Position numbers and translations under genes: made by a program. Shown piece after piece: positions 12,361 through 26,352 of a stretch of 64,000 nt of DNA (within the stretch, counting starts at the first letter, position 1; every line of letters starts with the position of its first letter). Below the pieces are notes generated by a model that saw only the letters and a list, made by a program, of their open reading frames with translations, had not been told where the DNA came from and searched no databases. Source of the stretch: Octopus bimaculoides (Eukaryota); contig NC_068983.1 of NCBI RefSeq assembly GCF_001194135.2, forward strand, positions 34,764,995-34,828,994, given 5' to 3'.

Positions 12361-12920
12361 CACTGCTATTTTCCTGACGTAATCTAGTTGGTGCATTTTT
12401 TTTATATTATAAATTAACTTTAGTTTAGCATGGGATATTGCGTTTCCTTTACCCTTTATGTAAACTGTCAAATTTATCCCGAACTGCACTAGCGATAAAT
12501 CATTGTTTGTAGACACTCTGAAGTGAATAACCTACAGGAATGTGAGCTATTAACTCAGTGATTAAGAAACCGACGTACTATCTTTCATCGCTGTTGTTGA
12601 TGTTGTTGTTGTTGCTGCTGCTGCTGTTTTTGTTGTTATTGTTTCAGGTTAAGTTCAGTATTGGAGCGGAAATGTAAAGAGTATAACCGCGACGACAATA
12701 TAAAATGCATTTTAAGTCGGTGAAGCTTCAATTCAGAAAGATTTGACTACTGTGTAGCAGAAATAATGACGAGATGGAAGTATGTCGATGTTTCAACAGA
12801 GTATCGATAATGCTAGCATCCGCTCTCTTTCAGCATTGGTTAGCTGCTTAATTAAAATTTAGATCTCATACCAGTTACTGCCAACACAAATAGTTTATAA
12901 TGATATAGTTTAATTGTACA

Positions 12921-13750
12921 NNNNNNNNNNNNNNNNNNNNNNNNNNNNNNNNNNNNNNNNNNNNNNNNNNNNNNNNNNNNNNNNNNNNNNNNNNNNNNNN
13001 NNNNNNNNNNNNNNNNNNNNNNNNNNNNNNNNNNNNNNNNNNNNNNNNNNNNNNNNNNNNNNNNNNNNNNNNNNNNNNNNNNNNNNNNNNNNNNNNNNNN
13101 NNNNNNNNNNNNNNNNNNNNNNNNNNNNNNNNNNNNNNNNNNNNNNNNNNNNNNNNNNNNNNNNNNNNNNNNNNNNNNNNNNNNNNNNNNNNNNNNNNNN
13201 NNNNNNNNNNNNNNNNNNNNNNNNNNNNNNNNNNNNNNNNNNNNNNNNNNNNNNNNNNNNNNNNNNNNNNNNNNNNNNNNNNNNNNNNNNNNNNNNNNNN
13301 NNNNNNNNNNNNNNNNNNNNNNNNNNNNNNNNNNNNNNNNNNNNNNNNNNNNNNNNNNNNNNNNNNNNNNNNNNNNNNNNNNNNNNNNNNNNNNNNNNNN
13401 NNNNNNNNNNNNNNNNNNNNNNNNNNNNNNNNNNNNNNNNNNNNNNNNNNNNNNNNNNNNNNNNNNNNNNNNNNNNNNNNNNNNNNNNNNNNNNNNNNNN
13501 NNNNNNNNNNNNNNNNNNNNNNNNNNNNNNNNNNNNNNNNNNNNNNNNNNNNNNNNNNNNNNNNNNNNNNNNNNNNNNNNNNNNNNNNNNNNNNNNNNNN
13601 NNNNNNNNNNNNNNNNNNNNNNNNNNNNNNNNNNNNNNNNNNNNNNNNNNNNNNNNNNNNNNNNNNNNNNNNNNNNNNNNNNNNNNNNNNNNNNNNNNNN
13701 NNNNNNNNNNNNNNNNNNNNNNNNNNNNNNNNNNNNNNNNNNNNNNNNNT
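12921..13750. other. Assembly gap (one of 14 N-runs)
   Basis: Other gaps start at about 14633, 16666, 21680, 22436, 25032, 28076, 28614, 32875, 36081, 42422, 48060, 58545 and 61283; nearly all abut microsatellites. Confidence 1.
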
Positions 13751-14099
13751 ATATATATATATATATATATATATGATTGTGTGTGTGAGTTTGTGTGTGT
13801 CTGTGCGTCAGTGTGTGTCTATACGTCAGTGTGACTTTGGGTACAAGTGTGCCTAAGCCTATGACTAGCTATCGATTATCAGTTGGAGATATTTCAGTTA
13901 AATTATACTAATACAGGTGATGACAAAAGCAATACTTTCATTCTCTCTCTTTTATCACTGAAGTGTGAAAATGCGAGACACCCGCGTAGTTCAATTCTAC
14001 ATACTAGAAATCCGTTTGCTTAATGGAGAGTCTCATTAGCAACATGCTTTAAAACTGTAATGATTTCCTCTAGAAATTAAAGTATCTATGAACAGGAGT

Positions 14100-14330
14100 A
14101 ACGAAGCACGTGACCAGGAAACCTCAGGAAAGTCATGCTACCATTGTGATGGAGCGGACGCTGGGAGGAGTAAGGTGACCGAAGGTATGCCCGAGCACGA
14201 CGTGGCACTATACTTTCGGAGTCGACATGATAGCGTTGTCATGTGGCCTGAATGGAACCAGAAGGAAAGCGAGCAATCGAGATGTCAGAAGGCTCGTTGA
14301 TCTCAGAGCACTGTCATATCAAAGATCTCC
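14100..14330 (+). mobile_element. RTE-clade LINE 3' remnant
   Basis: Frame ATIVMERTLGGVR*PKVCPSTTWHYTFGVDM...ASNRDVRRLVD resembles the RTE C-terminal WTPxGxRxRGRPxxTW...AxDRxxW. Confidence 0.5.
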
Positions 14331-14565
14331 AACTGGACATTATGACTTGTAGTACTACCGGTTTAATTTCTGAGTTAGAAGTTCAAGTACAGCATTTCTT
14401 TCTATTTCCTCGGGGTCGACAAAATAAAGTATCAAGCAAGCAGTATATTTGATGGCATCGGCTAACACTCTGTCTTCACATTTGCTGGTTCCGTACCTAA
14501 AGGGAAAACACGGTGAGGGCTGGCAGAACTGGAGGAACATCAGACAAATTGACTTCACTCTTTAT

Positions 14566-14600
<35 letters not shown>

Positions 14601-15087
14601 GAGAAAGAGAGAGAGAGAGAGACAGATAGATANNNNNNNNNNNNNNNNNNNNNNNNNNNNNNNNNNNNNNNNNNNNNNNNNNNNNNNNNNNNNNNNNNNN
14701 NNNNNNNNNNNNNNNNNNNNNNNNNNNNNNNNNNNNNNNNNNNNNNNNNNNNNNNNNNNNNNNNNNNNNNNNNNNNNNNNNNNNNNNNNNNNNNNNNNNN
14801 NNNNNNNNNNNNNNNNNNNNNNNNNNNNNNNNNNNNNNNNNNNNNNNNNNNNNNNNNNNNNNNNNNNNNNNNNNNNNNNNNNNNNNNNNNNNNNNNNNNN
14901 NNNNNNNNNNNNNNNNNNNNNNNNNNNNNNNNNNNNNNNNNNNNNNNNNNNNNNNNNNNNNNNNNNNNNNNNNNNNNNNNNNNNNNNNNNNNNNNNNNNN
15001 NNNNNNNNNNNNNNNNNNNNNNNNNNNNNNNNNNNNNNNNNNNNNNNNNNNNNNNNNNNNNNNNNNNNNNNNNNNNNNNNNNNNNNN

Positions 15088-15120
<33 letters not shown>

Positions 15121-15124
15121 TGTA

Positions 15125-15800
15125 CAAGGGTTGGACAAAATAATGGAAACATCTTAAAATTTAAAACAAAGTTATTTTGATATATGATGGGACTGCATTT
15201 GGCAGTAAATACACCTTGAATTCTATGAGGTATGGACTCGTACAAAGTTTGAACTGTTTCCAAACTAATTTTTGTGCATTCTTCAGCTAAAACAGTCTCC
15301 AATTCTTGTAGCGATGATGGTGGAGGATATCGACTCCTAAATTGTTTTTCTAAAATGCACCATAAATGTCCAATAATATTGACATCTGGGGGCTGTGATG
15401 GCCAGATAAGATGTTCAACTTAGCTAGAATGTTCCTCGTACCATTCAGTAACGACTTTAGCTGTATGAATTGGTGCATTTCCCTCCGGAAACAGTTCCGC
15501 AACCATAGGATGAATTTGATCAGATAAAATGCTTAACTATTCTTCACTATTAATTCTGCTATGAAGGGAAACCATCGGGCCGGCGAATTTCCAAGATATA
15601 CCCCACCCCGAGACCATTACAGATCCTCCTCCATGTTTAACAGTTGGGTCAAATGCTTCTTTTGGCTGTCTCCACACGTATACTCGGCCGATGACTGGAA
15701 ATAAGGCAAAGGATGGCTCGTCCGAGAAAATAACATTCTTCTACTGCTCTAGGGACCAATTCTGTAGGTTTTTATTCCACTCTAACAGTTGCAACGTTTG
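15125..15800 (-). mobile_element. Tc1-like transposon, 3' half with one TIR
   Basis: Minus strand: VIFSDEPSF...PTVKHGGGSVMV...NAPIHTAKVVTEW...WPSQPPDVNIIGHLW. TIR CAAGGGTTGGACAAAATAATGG follows TA at 15123-15124. Stops and a deletion around the second catalytic D. Confidence 0.9.
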
Positions 15801-15829
15801 TTTTTGAAAGTACTTGTTTTCTGATTGGA

Positions 15830-16465
15830 GTAGGAGTTAAAAGAAAAATCCCAAACAGTCAACCACCTCCTCTTCATGGATGATTTGAAAATGTATGGCA
15901 AATATGAGACACAAGTGGGTTCCAATGTGAACACGGTCTATTGTTTTAGTACTGATATTAGAATGGAATTTGGACTCAAGTAGTGCGGAATAATCTACCT
16001 GAAAAGAGGCAAAGTATAGTCCCTAGTAGAGATAGAATTCCCGAATTGAGACTTAATTAAACAAAATGAAACGGAAGGATACATATACCTTGGTGTAATA
16101 GAGTTCAACGAGATAATGGAAAAGGAAATGAAAGAGCAACTGAGAATGGAATAATTCCGAAGACAAAGGTAGTTGTTGCACCCAAAATTGACTGGAGGAA
16201 ATAAAATTCAAATAGTTAATACGCGGGCGATGGCATCACTTCGGCATAGAGCGGGATTTTATAAACTGGCAAATGGGAGAAGTGATGAAAATGGATACTA
16301 AGACCAGAAAAATCTTGACAGTGCACGGAGCCTTCCACCCTGAGAGTGACACCGGCAGGCAGTGCCTGTACAGAAGAAAGGGTGTGAGAGGTTCGATCAG
16401 TTGCCAGGACTGCATCGAAGCAGAAGAAAACAGCTTAGTGTGCTATATAAAATATGCAGTGCAGT
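15830..16465 (+). mobile_element. R4/Dong-clade LINE reverse transcriptase fragment
   Basis: NHLLFMDDLKMYGK...MEFGLK*CG...YIYLGV...NKIQIVNT...KTRKILTVHGAFHPES...RKGVRG; several stops. Confidence 0.9.
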
Positions 16466-17427
16466 CATTATCATTATTATTATTATTATTATTGTTCAGT
16501 AGTTTTATTTTTATAACGTGCTTTCACTTCACTACCGAGCGCAGCTCTGTGCGCCTTGGGTATGTGCTGTGGTTTGCTGTGGTGCTCTTATGTTTACTGT
16601 ATTGAAAGTGTTTTGCGTAGAATGTGTGCAGTACCCAGTAGTGCAATTTTCTGTATGTTATATATNNNNNNNNNNNNNNNNNNNNNNNNNNNNNNNNNNN
16701 NNNNNNNNNNNNNNNNNNNNNNNNNNNNNNNNNNNNNNNNNNNNNNNNNNNNNNNNNNNNNNNNNNNNNNNNNNNNNNNNNNNNNNNNNNNNNNNNNNNN
16801 NNNNNNNNNNNNNNNNNNNNNNNNNNNNNNNNNNNNNNNNNNNNNNNNNNNNNNNNNNNNNNNNNNNNNNNNNNNNNNNNNNNNNNNNNNNNNNNNNNNN
16901 NNNNNNNNNNNNNNNNNNNNNNNNNNNNNNNNNNNNNNNNNNNNNNNNNNNNNNNNNNNNNNNNNNNNNNNNNNNNNNNNNNNNNNNNNNNNNNNNNNNN
17001 NNNNNNNNNNNNNNNNNNNNNNNNNNNNNNNNNNNNNNNNNNNNNNNNNNNNNNNNNNNNNNNNNNNNNNNNNNNNNNNNNNNNNNNNNNNNNNNNNNNN
17101 NNNNNNNNNNNNNNNNNNNNNNNNNNNNNNNNNNNNNNNNNNNNNNNNNNNNNNNNNNNNNNNNNNNNNNNNNNNNNNNNNNNNNNNNNNNNNNNNNNNN
17201 NNNNNNNNNNNNNNNNNNNNNNNNNNNNNNNNNNNNNNNNNNNNNNNNNNNNNNNNNNNNNNNNNNNNNNNNNNNNNNNNNNNNNNNNNNNNNNNNNNNN
17301 NNNNNNNNNNNNNNNNNNNNNNNNNNNNNNNNNNNNNNNNNNNNNNNNNNNNNNNNNNNNNNNNNNNNNNNNNNNNNNNNNNNNNNNNNNNNNNTACTAC
17401 TACTACTACTACTACTACCCACTACTA

Positions 17428-17755
17428 CACGGCTCAGTGATTAGAGCGTCGAGCTTACGATCGCGAGATTGTGAGTTTGAATTCCGGACCGGGCTGCGTG
17501 TAGTGTTCTTGAGCAAGACACTTTATTTCACGTTGCTCCAGTTCACTCAGCTGTAGAAATGAGTTGCAACGTCACAGGTACCAAGCTGTATCGGCCTTTG
17601 CTTTTCCCTTGGATAACACTGGTGGCGTGGAAAGGCGAGACTAGTATGCACGGGCGACTGCTGGTGTTCCATAAGCAAACTTGCCCGGACTTGTGCCTCG
17701 CGGGGTACCTTTCTAGGTGCAATCCCATGGTCAGTCATGACGGAAGAGGGTCTCA
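17428..17755 (+). mobile_element. tRNA-derived SINE with CORE-like segment, inserted in a (CTA)n tract
   Basis: GGCTCAGTGATTAGAGCG (A box), GAGTTTGAATTCC (B box), TTGAGCAAGACACTTTATTTCACGTTGCTCCAGTTCACTCAGCTGTAGAAATG. Flanked on both sides by CTA repeats. Confidence 0.8.
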
Positions 17756-17764
17756 GCCTACTAC

Positions 17765-18050
17765 TACTAGACGTTCCATGTACTTCTCAAGATTTTTACT
17801 CAATGTTCCCAGGGTCCGACAATTATTGGTACTACTGCCACCTTTTTCATCGACCACAACTGCTTAACCTCCCAAGCTAACCTGTCATATCTATCGACTT
17901 TTCTTTCTTCCTTATCGCATAACTTTTTTTCAGCTGGACATGCTATATCAATGATCCAGCATAGTTTGTTTTCTTTCTCAATTAAGACTATGCCTGACTT
18001 CCTATTCTCTATCTCATGGTCGCACTGAATCATAAAATCTCACAGGATCT
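17765..18050 (-). mobile_element. R4/Dong-clade LINE RLE domain and 3' end
   Basis: ORF 17800-18033: DHEIENRKSGIVLIEKENKLCWIIDIACP...KVDRYDRLAWEVKQLW...VVPIIVG, ending in a (TAG)n tail. Confidence 0.9.
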
Positions 18051-18079
18051 TTGCAATATCATTTTCGATGATGCCTCAT

Positions 18080-18316
<237 letters not shown>

Positions 18317-18949
18317 TTCCTGTAATAGAGGCAGAACATTCAGCATCTGTATATGTAAATTATATTATAAATACCCTTTCTATCAAATTTCACAATCATT
18401 TCAAATAATTTAATTAATGTTTGAGTGTTTGTAGAATTGTCCCAGTGATTATTATTTCGTTATCAATTTGTACATGAGTTTCCTTGTTACTTTCTCATGA
18501 AAAATGATTAAAATGAAGATCGTTTCGTAATAGGATTTCCTTTTCCTTTATCTTGCTTGGTGTAAATTAAGTATTTGGCATTCAGTTTTTATTGTATTAA
18601 TAGCTTTCTGTTCCCTCTTGCCTACAGACACGAAATCATTGGCGCAGGTTGATGAGGTGACAACCTACAATGTGAAAAGGTCTCGAGTTTATATTACGAC
18701 AGGTGTTATACATGTCGTCCATAAATGAATCATTAAATTCTCGCTAGGCTCGTGCACTTGCTTGTGAGAAGTAGCGACGTATAATTAATTAGTTGTTCGT
18801 TGAGTTGCAATTGATTTGAATTTAAAATCTCCGAACTGGTTTTAAGAACACAATACGAATACACTTTAGCTACAAGATTATCGGGTGTCGAAGCCAATAT
18901 CTTTGTTCTATAAAATTATTGGTTGATTAAAAGCTCTCAGTTTAAATCC

Positions 18950-19250
18950 AACTACCACAATCATGAACTGCATAACCCATTGAAGGGAAGAGGTCTAAGC
19001 AGTCGCCCTGTATTCAAGAAATAGGAGTCATTCAACCATGTTTAAAAGTGAAAGACACATTAAGTCATTGCACGGAGTCTGAATATAACTGGAATATCTG
19101 AATTTAACTAGCCAAGTCTGGAAAGCCTTTGATATCACTTCTGCATAACTAAGACTCACTTGGAGCTCACCAGCAACAATAATTACTGTGTGATCAAGAA
19201 GAGGGATAGGTTGAAAGTAACAGTCAAAGCGTTGTTAGTCTTCATCATTA
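18950..19250 (-). mobile_element. Very decayed CR1/L2-like RT remnant
   Basis: Minus strand VISKAFQTW and FLNTGRLLRPLPF resemble DISKAFDxVW and NxGVPQGSVLSPxLF. Confidence 0.3.
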
Positions 19251-19739
19251 GCAACTTTATATATCTTAATACAAGGAATCCGAGAGCAACCACAATATTT
19301 TGTATTGTATAATGGTGTAAAATACTTTGATATGTATTACTGATTTATTATTTTCGTCGAAAGCGGCAAAATCATAAGATTAGTAGTCTGATGTGTCGAT
19401 TTCTCTTGGAAAATCATTAACTGATTAAATTACTTGAATAAAATTAAATAGGCATGCAAATTTGTCATCCTCACCGGTTTCATTGTTAAAATAAGATACC
19501 AAAAATCAAATATGACATTAGACATTTTCTTTAAATTCTCCATATATTCTATTTGAACTTCATTTGTTATTCTCAGCAATATTATGAATATTAGTGTGGA
19601 TATCAGTGTTGTCGTGACATCTAATTCTCTGAAATTAATACAGATTCTTATCAGATGTGTGTAAGGGTTGAATTGCGATCAATGGTACCGGTAATGTTTA
19701 GCTTTGATAAGATTTGTTGGCAATCCGTTTAAATGAATA

Positions 19740-20460
19740 GACTAGGTGTGCTGAGCCTGAGCCACAAGGTTATATTTGCAGCTATAGAAGTAGCAGAGAG
19801 GGTTGAACTGAAAATAGGAGATGGCGCGCTTGCCATGAGCAGGATGTGAGGAGGTAAAGATAAGGTGGGTGTAGGATTGGATGCGTTTATAGAGATCAGA
19901 AGTGGAAAAGATGAGAGAGAAGATACTCAAAAAACACAAGATCTCGATGAAGTTAAGGAAAGTATTGGCGATGGAAGTTTGGGACTCAAGAGAAGGGTGC
20001 AACGCTCTGAAGAATAAAATGAACGTGTTTAGTTCTTCGTTAGAAAGATAAGGGGTGCCGATACAACCATGATTGTAACGGCCAGATAATTCTTCGGGTG
20101 GGGATCAGTAAACTCGGAAAAGATTTGTGTCGCAACATAGACAACAAATAAGTTTTCATACCCATGGTTATTCCAATGATCGATATATAGAGAGTTGATA
20201 TCAATGGTGGATATTGGGGGGACGGAGAGGAAGAAATGAAAATGGCGCATAGAATGTTACCATAGACAGGTGAGGGAAAAGCAGCAAATAACAGTGTCAG
20301 TGGTGCGTAGGTATAATAGCATGAGTTAAGCAGGGGCAAGTACAATAAGAAAACACATTTCGGCAGAGCTGTAGTGGGGTTTATGGATGTTAGACAAGAC
20401 GTATAATTTGGAGATCTGGAGTATGCGGACCATACGTTTGGGAACTGCTGAAATTAGAAG
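19740..20460 (-). mobile_element. Penelope-like element reverse transcriptase remnant
   Basis: TIDINSLY; GYENLFVVYVATQIFSEFTDPHP; HPSLESQTSIANTFLNFIEI...LYKRIQSYTHLIFTSSHPAHGKRAISYFQF match PLE RT and thumb motifs (DxxSLY; YAxLFVxYxE; FHPxLxF; SxHPxHxKxxIxxSQ). Confidence 0.8.
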
Positions 20461-22264
20461 CGGGAAAGATATAAATCTGGGGCTAAAAAGGGTGAAACAA
20501 GGCGAAAAGTAGGTTCATAGAGCAAAGAACAGGATACAGGAGTATTCCGAAGCACTACAGGCATAGCCAACACACACACACACACATATATGTATGTATG
20601 TGTGAACATGTTTGTATCTAAGAATATGTGGAAGTATAAGACTATGTAAATATATGTGTTTATATATTTGTATATAAACATACATATATAACGATATATA
20701 TGTACATGAATACATATACACACATACATACATACATACATGAATACGTATTTATATACATAATGCATACATACACACATGCAGACAAATATTTATATAT
20801 ACATATATCCATTGTTTATAGTGGCCGTATCCCATCATCTTTATAAAGACAAACGAAAGGCTTCTAAAATCTGAAAATAGTGGAACTTCCTGTCTCTATG
20901 TTATCGATTAATCACCACGTCTCGATCTCAACTACCATTTATCGAACTTTCAAATTGATCAATGGTCTAATTTAATTTGCTTTACATACGATATATATAT
21001 ATATATATATATATAAACATTTAACGTTCATGTTTTTTACAAGTATTTTCAATGTATACATTTGTTGTTTTTTGTTTAGGAAAAGTTCAGCAAACCAAAT
21101 ATTTGATTGATTCGATTGTGAATCTTGCTTACAAATTTTCAAAATACATTAACGCTGGATACATAATAAAGATAGAGAAAAAACGTTTCTGCCTAATAGT
21201 TTAATTAGCTACATTCAAGGATGTATTCATGATAAAATGTGCTTTCTATCTGAATAATACCTACGTACATTACATAGATACACACATATATTCGTACATA
21301 TATACATGCGCATATACATAGATATATTCGCACATACATTAATACATACATACATACATACATATGTATTGCATATGTGAAAATACATATGCGCCTGTGT
21401 GAATACGTATAAGCATATAAATATTATATATATATATATGTATGTATGGAAAGACATGAATATATATACGTATATATATATATATATTATTTTGCTTAAA
21501 AGAGTTCCAACACTGTCTGTTTTTTATGTTTTATTTATATTCCTGCAGAACTAATGTGGGGTATAGAATATGGAATATACAATATATAATATAATATACA
21601 ATATATAATATAAAATAAAATAAAAATGGATGGCACCATGAAATATATGTATATATGTGTATGTGCGTGATATAGTTATNNNNNNNNNNTGTGTATGTGC
21701 GTGATATAGTTATGTGCATTTATATAAATAAATAAACATATATATTGTATATGTACGTATGCATGTATGTGTATATGTATATGCATTAAATATCTATATA
21801 TATATATATATATTTCTATATATATATGTGTGTGTGTATGTGTGTTTGTGTGTGTGTGTGTGTGTGTGCGTGTGTGAACGATTATATATTCGTATCAAAG
21901 AATTACATATATTATAGATTATTGAGAAATATATGTGTGCGCGCGCGCATGTGTATGTGTTTGTGCGTGTATGTGTGTGTATGTGTGTGTGTGTGTCTGT
22001 TGTGTATGTTACTTGCCGTGTATATGAAAGTGTACCATAATTTATATAACGCATATACATACAGAAATGCTTACGAAGGGAAAGAATATGGCGTCTGATA
22101 CCCAACAGAAATTCGTGCGTTGTATGTAAAAGCATCCACATTGGATAACAAATATATGAATAGGCATAAATATTCATACTTACACATGCATGTGTATGTG
22201 ACTAGGAGCAACACATATACTTGTATATATATATATATATATATATTGATAGATATGTAGATAG

Positions 22265-22307
<43 letters not shown>

Positions 22308-25300
22308 TAGGTAGCTAGATGCATAGATACGTATATGTACATTTATATGTATATACATACATATAAGCAGGCAAGTATACACACACACGCACACATACAC
22401 ATATCTATCTATCTATCTGTCTCTATCTATTTATCNNNNNNNNNNNNNNNNNNNNNNNNNNNNNNNNNNNNNNNNNNNNNNNNNNNNNNNNNNNNNNNNN
22501 NNNNNNNNNNNNNNNNNNNNNNNNNNNNNNNNNNNNNNNNNNNNNNNNNNNNNNNNNNNNNNNNNNNNNNNNNNNNNNNNNNNNNNNNNNNNNNNNNNNN
22601 NNNNNNNNNNNNNNNNNNNNNNNNNNNNNNNNNNNNNNNNNNNNNNNNNNNNNNNNNNNNNNNNNNNNNNNNNNNNNNNNNNNNNNNNNNNNNNNNNNNN
22701 NNNNNNNNNNNNNNNNNNNNNNNNNNNNNNNNNNNNNNNNNNNNNNNNNNNNNNNNNNNNNNNNNNNNNNNNNNNNNNNNNNNNNNNNNNNNNNNNNNNN
22801 NNNNNNNNNNNNNNNNNNNNNNNNNNNNNNNNNNNNNNNNNNNNNNNNNNNNNNNNNNNNNNNNNNNNNNNNNNNNNNNNNNNNNNNNNNNNNNNNNNNN
22901 NNNNNNNNNNNNNNNNNNNNNNNNNNNNNNNNNNNNNNNNNNNNNNNNNNNNNNNNNNNNNNNNNNNNNNNNNNNNNNNNNNNNNNNNNNNNNNNNNNNN
23001 NNNNNNNNNNNNNNNNNNNNNNNNNNNNNNNNNNNNNNNNNNNNNNNNNNNNNNNNNNNNNNNNNNNNNNNNNNNNNNNNNNNNNNNNNNNNNNNNNNNN
23101 NNNNNNNNNNNNNNNNNNNNNNNNNNNNNNNNNNNNNNNNNATATATATATATATATATACATGAATATTTGCATGAATATATATAGATATACATACAGT
23201 TACACGTACAAGCACACATATATACATACATGCGTATACATAGATATATACATGCATCCATGCATTTATATACACTGGCATTACGTATACATATTTAAGT
23301 AGATACATACGCACATATATATAGAATGACGGATGTATGTTTTGGCTAGCACCTCTTTATTCAATACTGCTATAAATTTAGAAAAGTTTGTTTTGTTGTT
23401 GTTTTTTCCTTGTCATGGCCAACCATTTATTGGCAAATCTGATATTTTGTGCTTAATAAACGCGCAATGAACCGCTAAAATCATCTAAATGAAACTTCAT
23501 ACTGATCATCCGCTTGAATGAACAATCAATCAACCGAGAATGTTGCACAAGGATGTTATTATAATTTATTTAATTATTGTTTTGTAAAAAGTAATTGTGG
23601 ATCAACAGGCAACACTACTTATCTCCCCTGTCAGAGTAAATTTAAACGAGAAAAAGACTATTTGTCCTTTTGTGTTGGAGGCTAATATGTTGCCCTGAAC
23701 AGCTCTAATGTATGCATGTATGTATTATATATGTTTTTATGTATGTACGTACATATATATGTGTGTATATATGTATGAGTATGTATATATACATAGATAT
23801 ATATCCACACCCACACGCACAGACACACAAAGGCACAAATACAGACACAAACACATACACAGGCACATACATATGTATGCTTTAGCCTAAATGTATGAAT
23901 GTATATATTTATGTATGCACTTGTTGTTGTTCTTAAAATGAGACGTTAATTATATTTTTTGTAACAAAAACCTTAATCTATCATTTGTACTGTTAGAGCA
24001 ACATATTAGCCTCCTACACGAAAGGAAAAAAATTGTCTTTTTCTCGTTTAAAATTGAAATGAAACGAAGAATTCATTATAGCATAGGCACAACACTTGAA
24101 AGTTACTTGACTGAAAAAAGGAATTGATCACATGGAGCTTTATATTTGAAATATATCTTATTTTATGGAATCTAGAGTTGACCTATGACTGACTTGAACT
24201 CAGTACCTAAGAACCACAACGAATACCGCCATGCTTTATCCAAAACTCTAGTGTTCCTCTCAATGCAACATCCCCTGCAGTGTTCCATACATGTGGGATT
24301 GATTTGAACATCTAGCGGGGAATGGGCACAGTCTGTTATACCGAACATAATACGTCACTGTTAGTTTATTTTATAGATCTTAGAGAGGAAATGCAAGGTT
24401 ATACACGGCGGGAATTGATTCTCTACCTATCAAGACAATCCACTGAACCTTTGAGGAGTCAACAGTTAAAAAACAAAATAAAGCATGCAAATGATTATCC
24501 ATTTAGTCAATCCCTGCCATATATTCAATGAATGCACTTGATCTTATATCGATGATTTTAACCATCAAGTTTCAAGAAATACTTTGCATTATTATCATAT
24601 TAATCAAATTTTAAATTTATTTTGTTACATATACATCGGAAAGTATTACTTCTTCTTCCTGATTAAAAACAAAGTATTCAATAAATAACAGTTCTAAACA
24701 GAAATAAATCAGAAATACAGCTAAACTGGTGAAGCACAATGACTAGCAATTTTCTTTCATTAATAACGGTGTTTTTATGTTTGTTTGTTGCTTTTGTTAT
24801 TAATTCCTATTATATCTTAATGGGACTTAACTTTGAGTCTAATATATGAAACTTGCGTCAGTTCCTGAAGTGATTTAATTTTTCTTTAACAATATATTAT
24901 TGAAATCTTGTCATGCGGGAAATACTCTAAGCAGCACACAATGTGTCCAGGAGCCATATTTATGTCGAAGTTTCTGTTAGTTTTTGAAACGCTTTCGCTT
25001 CATAGACACCAAAAATAACCTTTACACACACNNNNNNNNNNNNNNNNNNNNNNNNNNNNNNNNNNNNNNNNNNNNNNNNNNNNNNNNNNNNNNNNNNNNN
25101 NNNNNNNNNNNNNNNNNNNNNNNNNNNNNNNNNNNNNNNNNNNNNNNNNNNNNNNNNNNNNNNNNNNNNNNNNNNNNNNNNNNNNNNNNNNNNNNNNNNN
25201 NNNNNNNNNNNNNNNNNNNNNNNNNNNNNNNNNNNNNNNNNNNNNNNNNNNNNNNNNNNNNNNNNNNNNNNNNNNNNNNNNNNNNNNNNNNNNNNNNNNN

Positions 25301-25949
25301 NNNNNNNNNNNNNNNNNNNNNNNNNNNNNNNNNNNNNNNNNNNNNNNNNNNNNNNNNNNNNNNNNNNNNNNNNNNNNNNNNNNNNNNNNNNNNNNNNNNN
25401 NNNNNNNNNNNNNNNNNNNNNNNNNNNNNNNNNNNNNNNNNNNNNNNNNNNNNNNNNNNNNNNNNNNNNNNNNNNNNNNNNNNNNNNNNNNNNNNNNNNN
25501 NNNNNNNNNNNNNNNNNNNNNNNNNNNNNNNNNNNNNNNNNNNNNNNNNNNNNNNNNNNNNNNNNNNNNNNNNNNNNNNNNNNNNNNNNNNNNNNNNNNN
25601 NNNNNNNNNNNNNNNNNNNNNNNNNNNNNNNNNNNNNNNNNNNNNNNNNNNNNNNNNNNNNNNNNNNNNNNNNNNNNNNNNNNNNNNNNNNNNNNNNNNN
25701 NNNNNNNNNNNNNNNNNNNNNNNNNNNNNNNNNNNNNNNATATATATATATGTGTGTGTGTGTGTGGGTGTGGGTGTGTGTGTGTGTGTATATACATACA
25801 TACATACATACATATATATGTATATATATATATATGTATATATATACATACATATATATATATGTGTGTGTGTCTATACACATATATTTATTTCTGTGCG
25901 TTTATGTGTGTGTGTTTAACATCTAATATACACAGAATGCAAATTCGAG

Positions 25950-26249
25950 CAATTATTAGCATTACGTGTGACTATACGATGTTCGGACGAGCTTGTTTAG
26001 CGCTCCGTAATACTCGAAGCGACCTTTCAGACTCGTCTTACGGAAAGAGGAACATCACAGAAAGGACGGAAGATAGAAAAACAAGCTGGAATGAAAAATG
26101 AAAACGAAAAATTATGGGTTGCGTTCCTTCGAATTGTTCGATTACGAATTAATATAGATGGTCAAGCAGTGGTGGAGGGTAAATACAGACACAGACATAG
26201 ATACAGTCAGATATACACACATACATACATACATACATACATACATACA

Positions 26250-26282
<33 letters not shown>

Positions 26283-26352
26283 CAAACGTTAGACAGAGAA
26301 GGGAAAAATAGACGAAAACTGAGACAAAATCACGATTCAAGGAAAGTCGCAG
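25950..26352 (+). promoter_or_regulatory. Candidate non-coding first exon / 5' region of an unidentified gene
   Basis: CpG-rich, non-TE-looking tract ending in the consensus donor CAG|GTGAGT at 26352/26353; E-box GTCACGTG at 26778-26785. No downstream coding exon is linked to it. Confidence 0.2.

Noticed and set aside
14070-14186. Apparent 111-nt symmetric exon (IKVSMNRSNEARDQETSGKSCYHCDG...) with GAAG|GTATGC donor
   Set aside because: Another frame of the same DNA matches an RTE LINE C-terminus, which explains the sequence more simply.
21650-21715. Direct repeat around a 10-N gap (also 28565-28673)
   Set aside because: Identical flanks on both sides of a 10-N spacer indicate an unmerged contig overlap.
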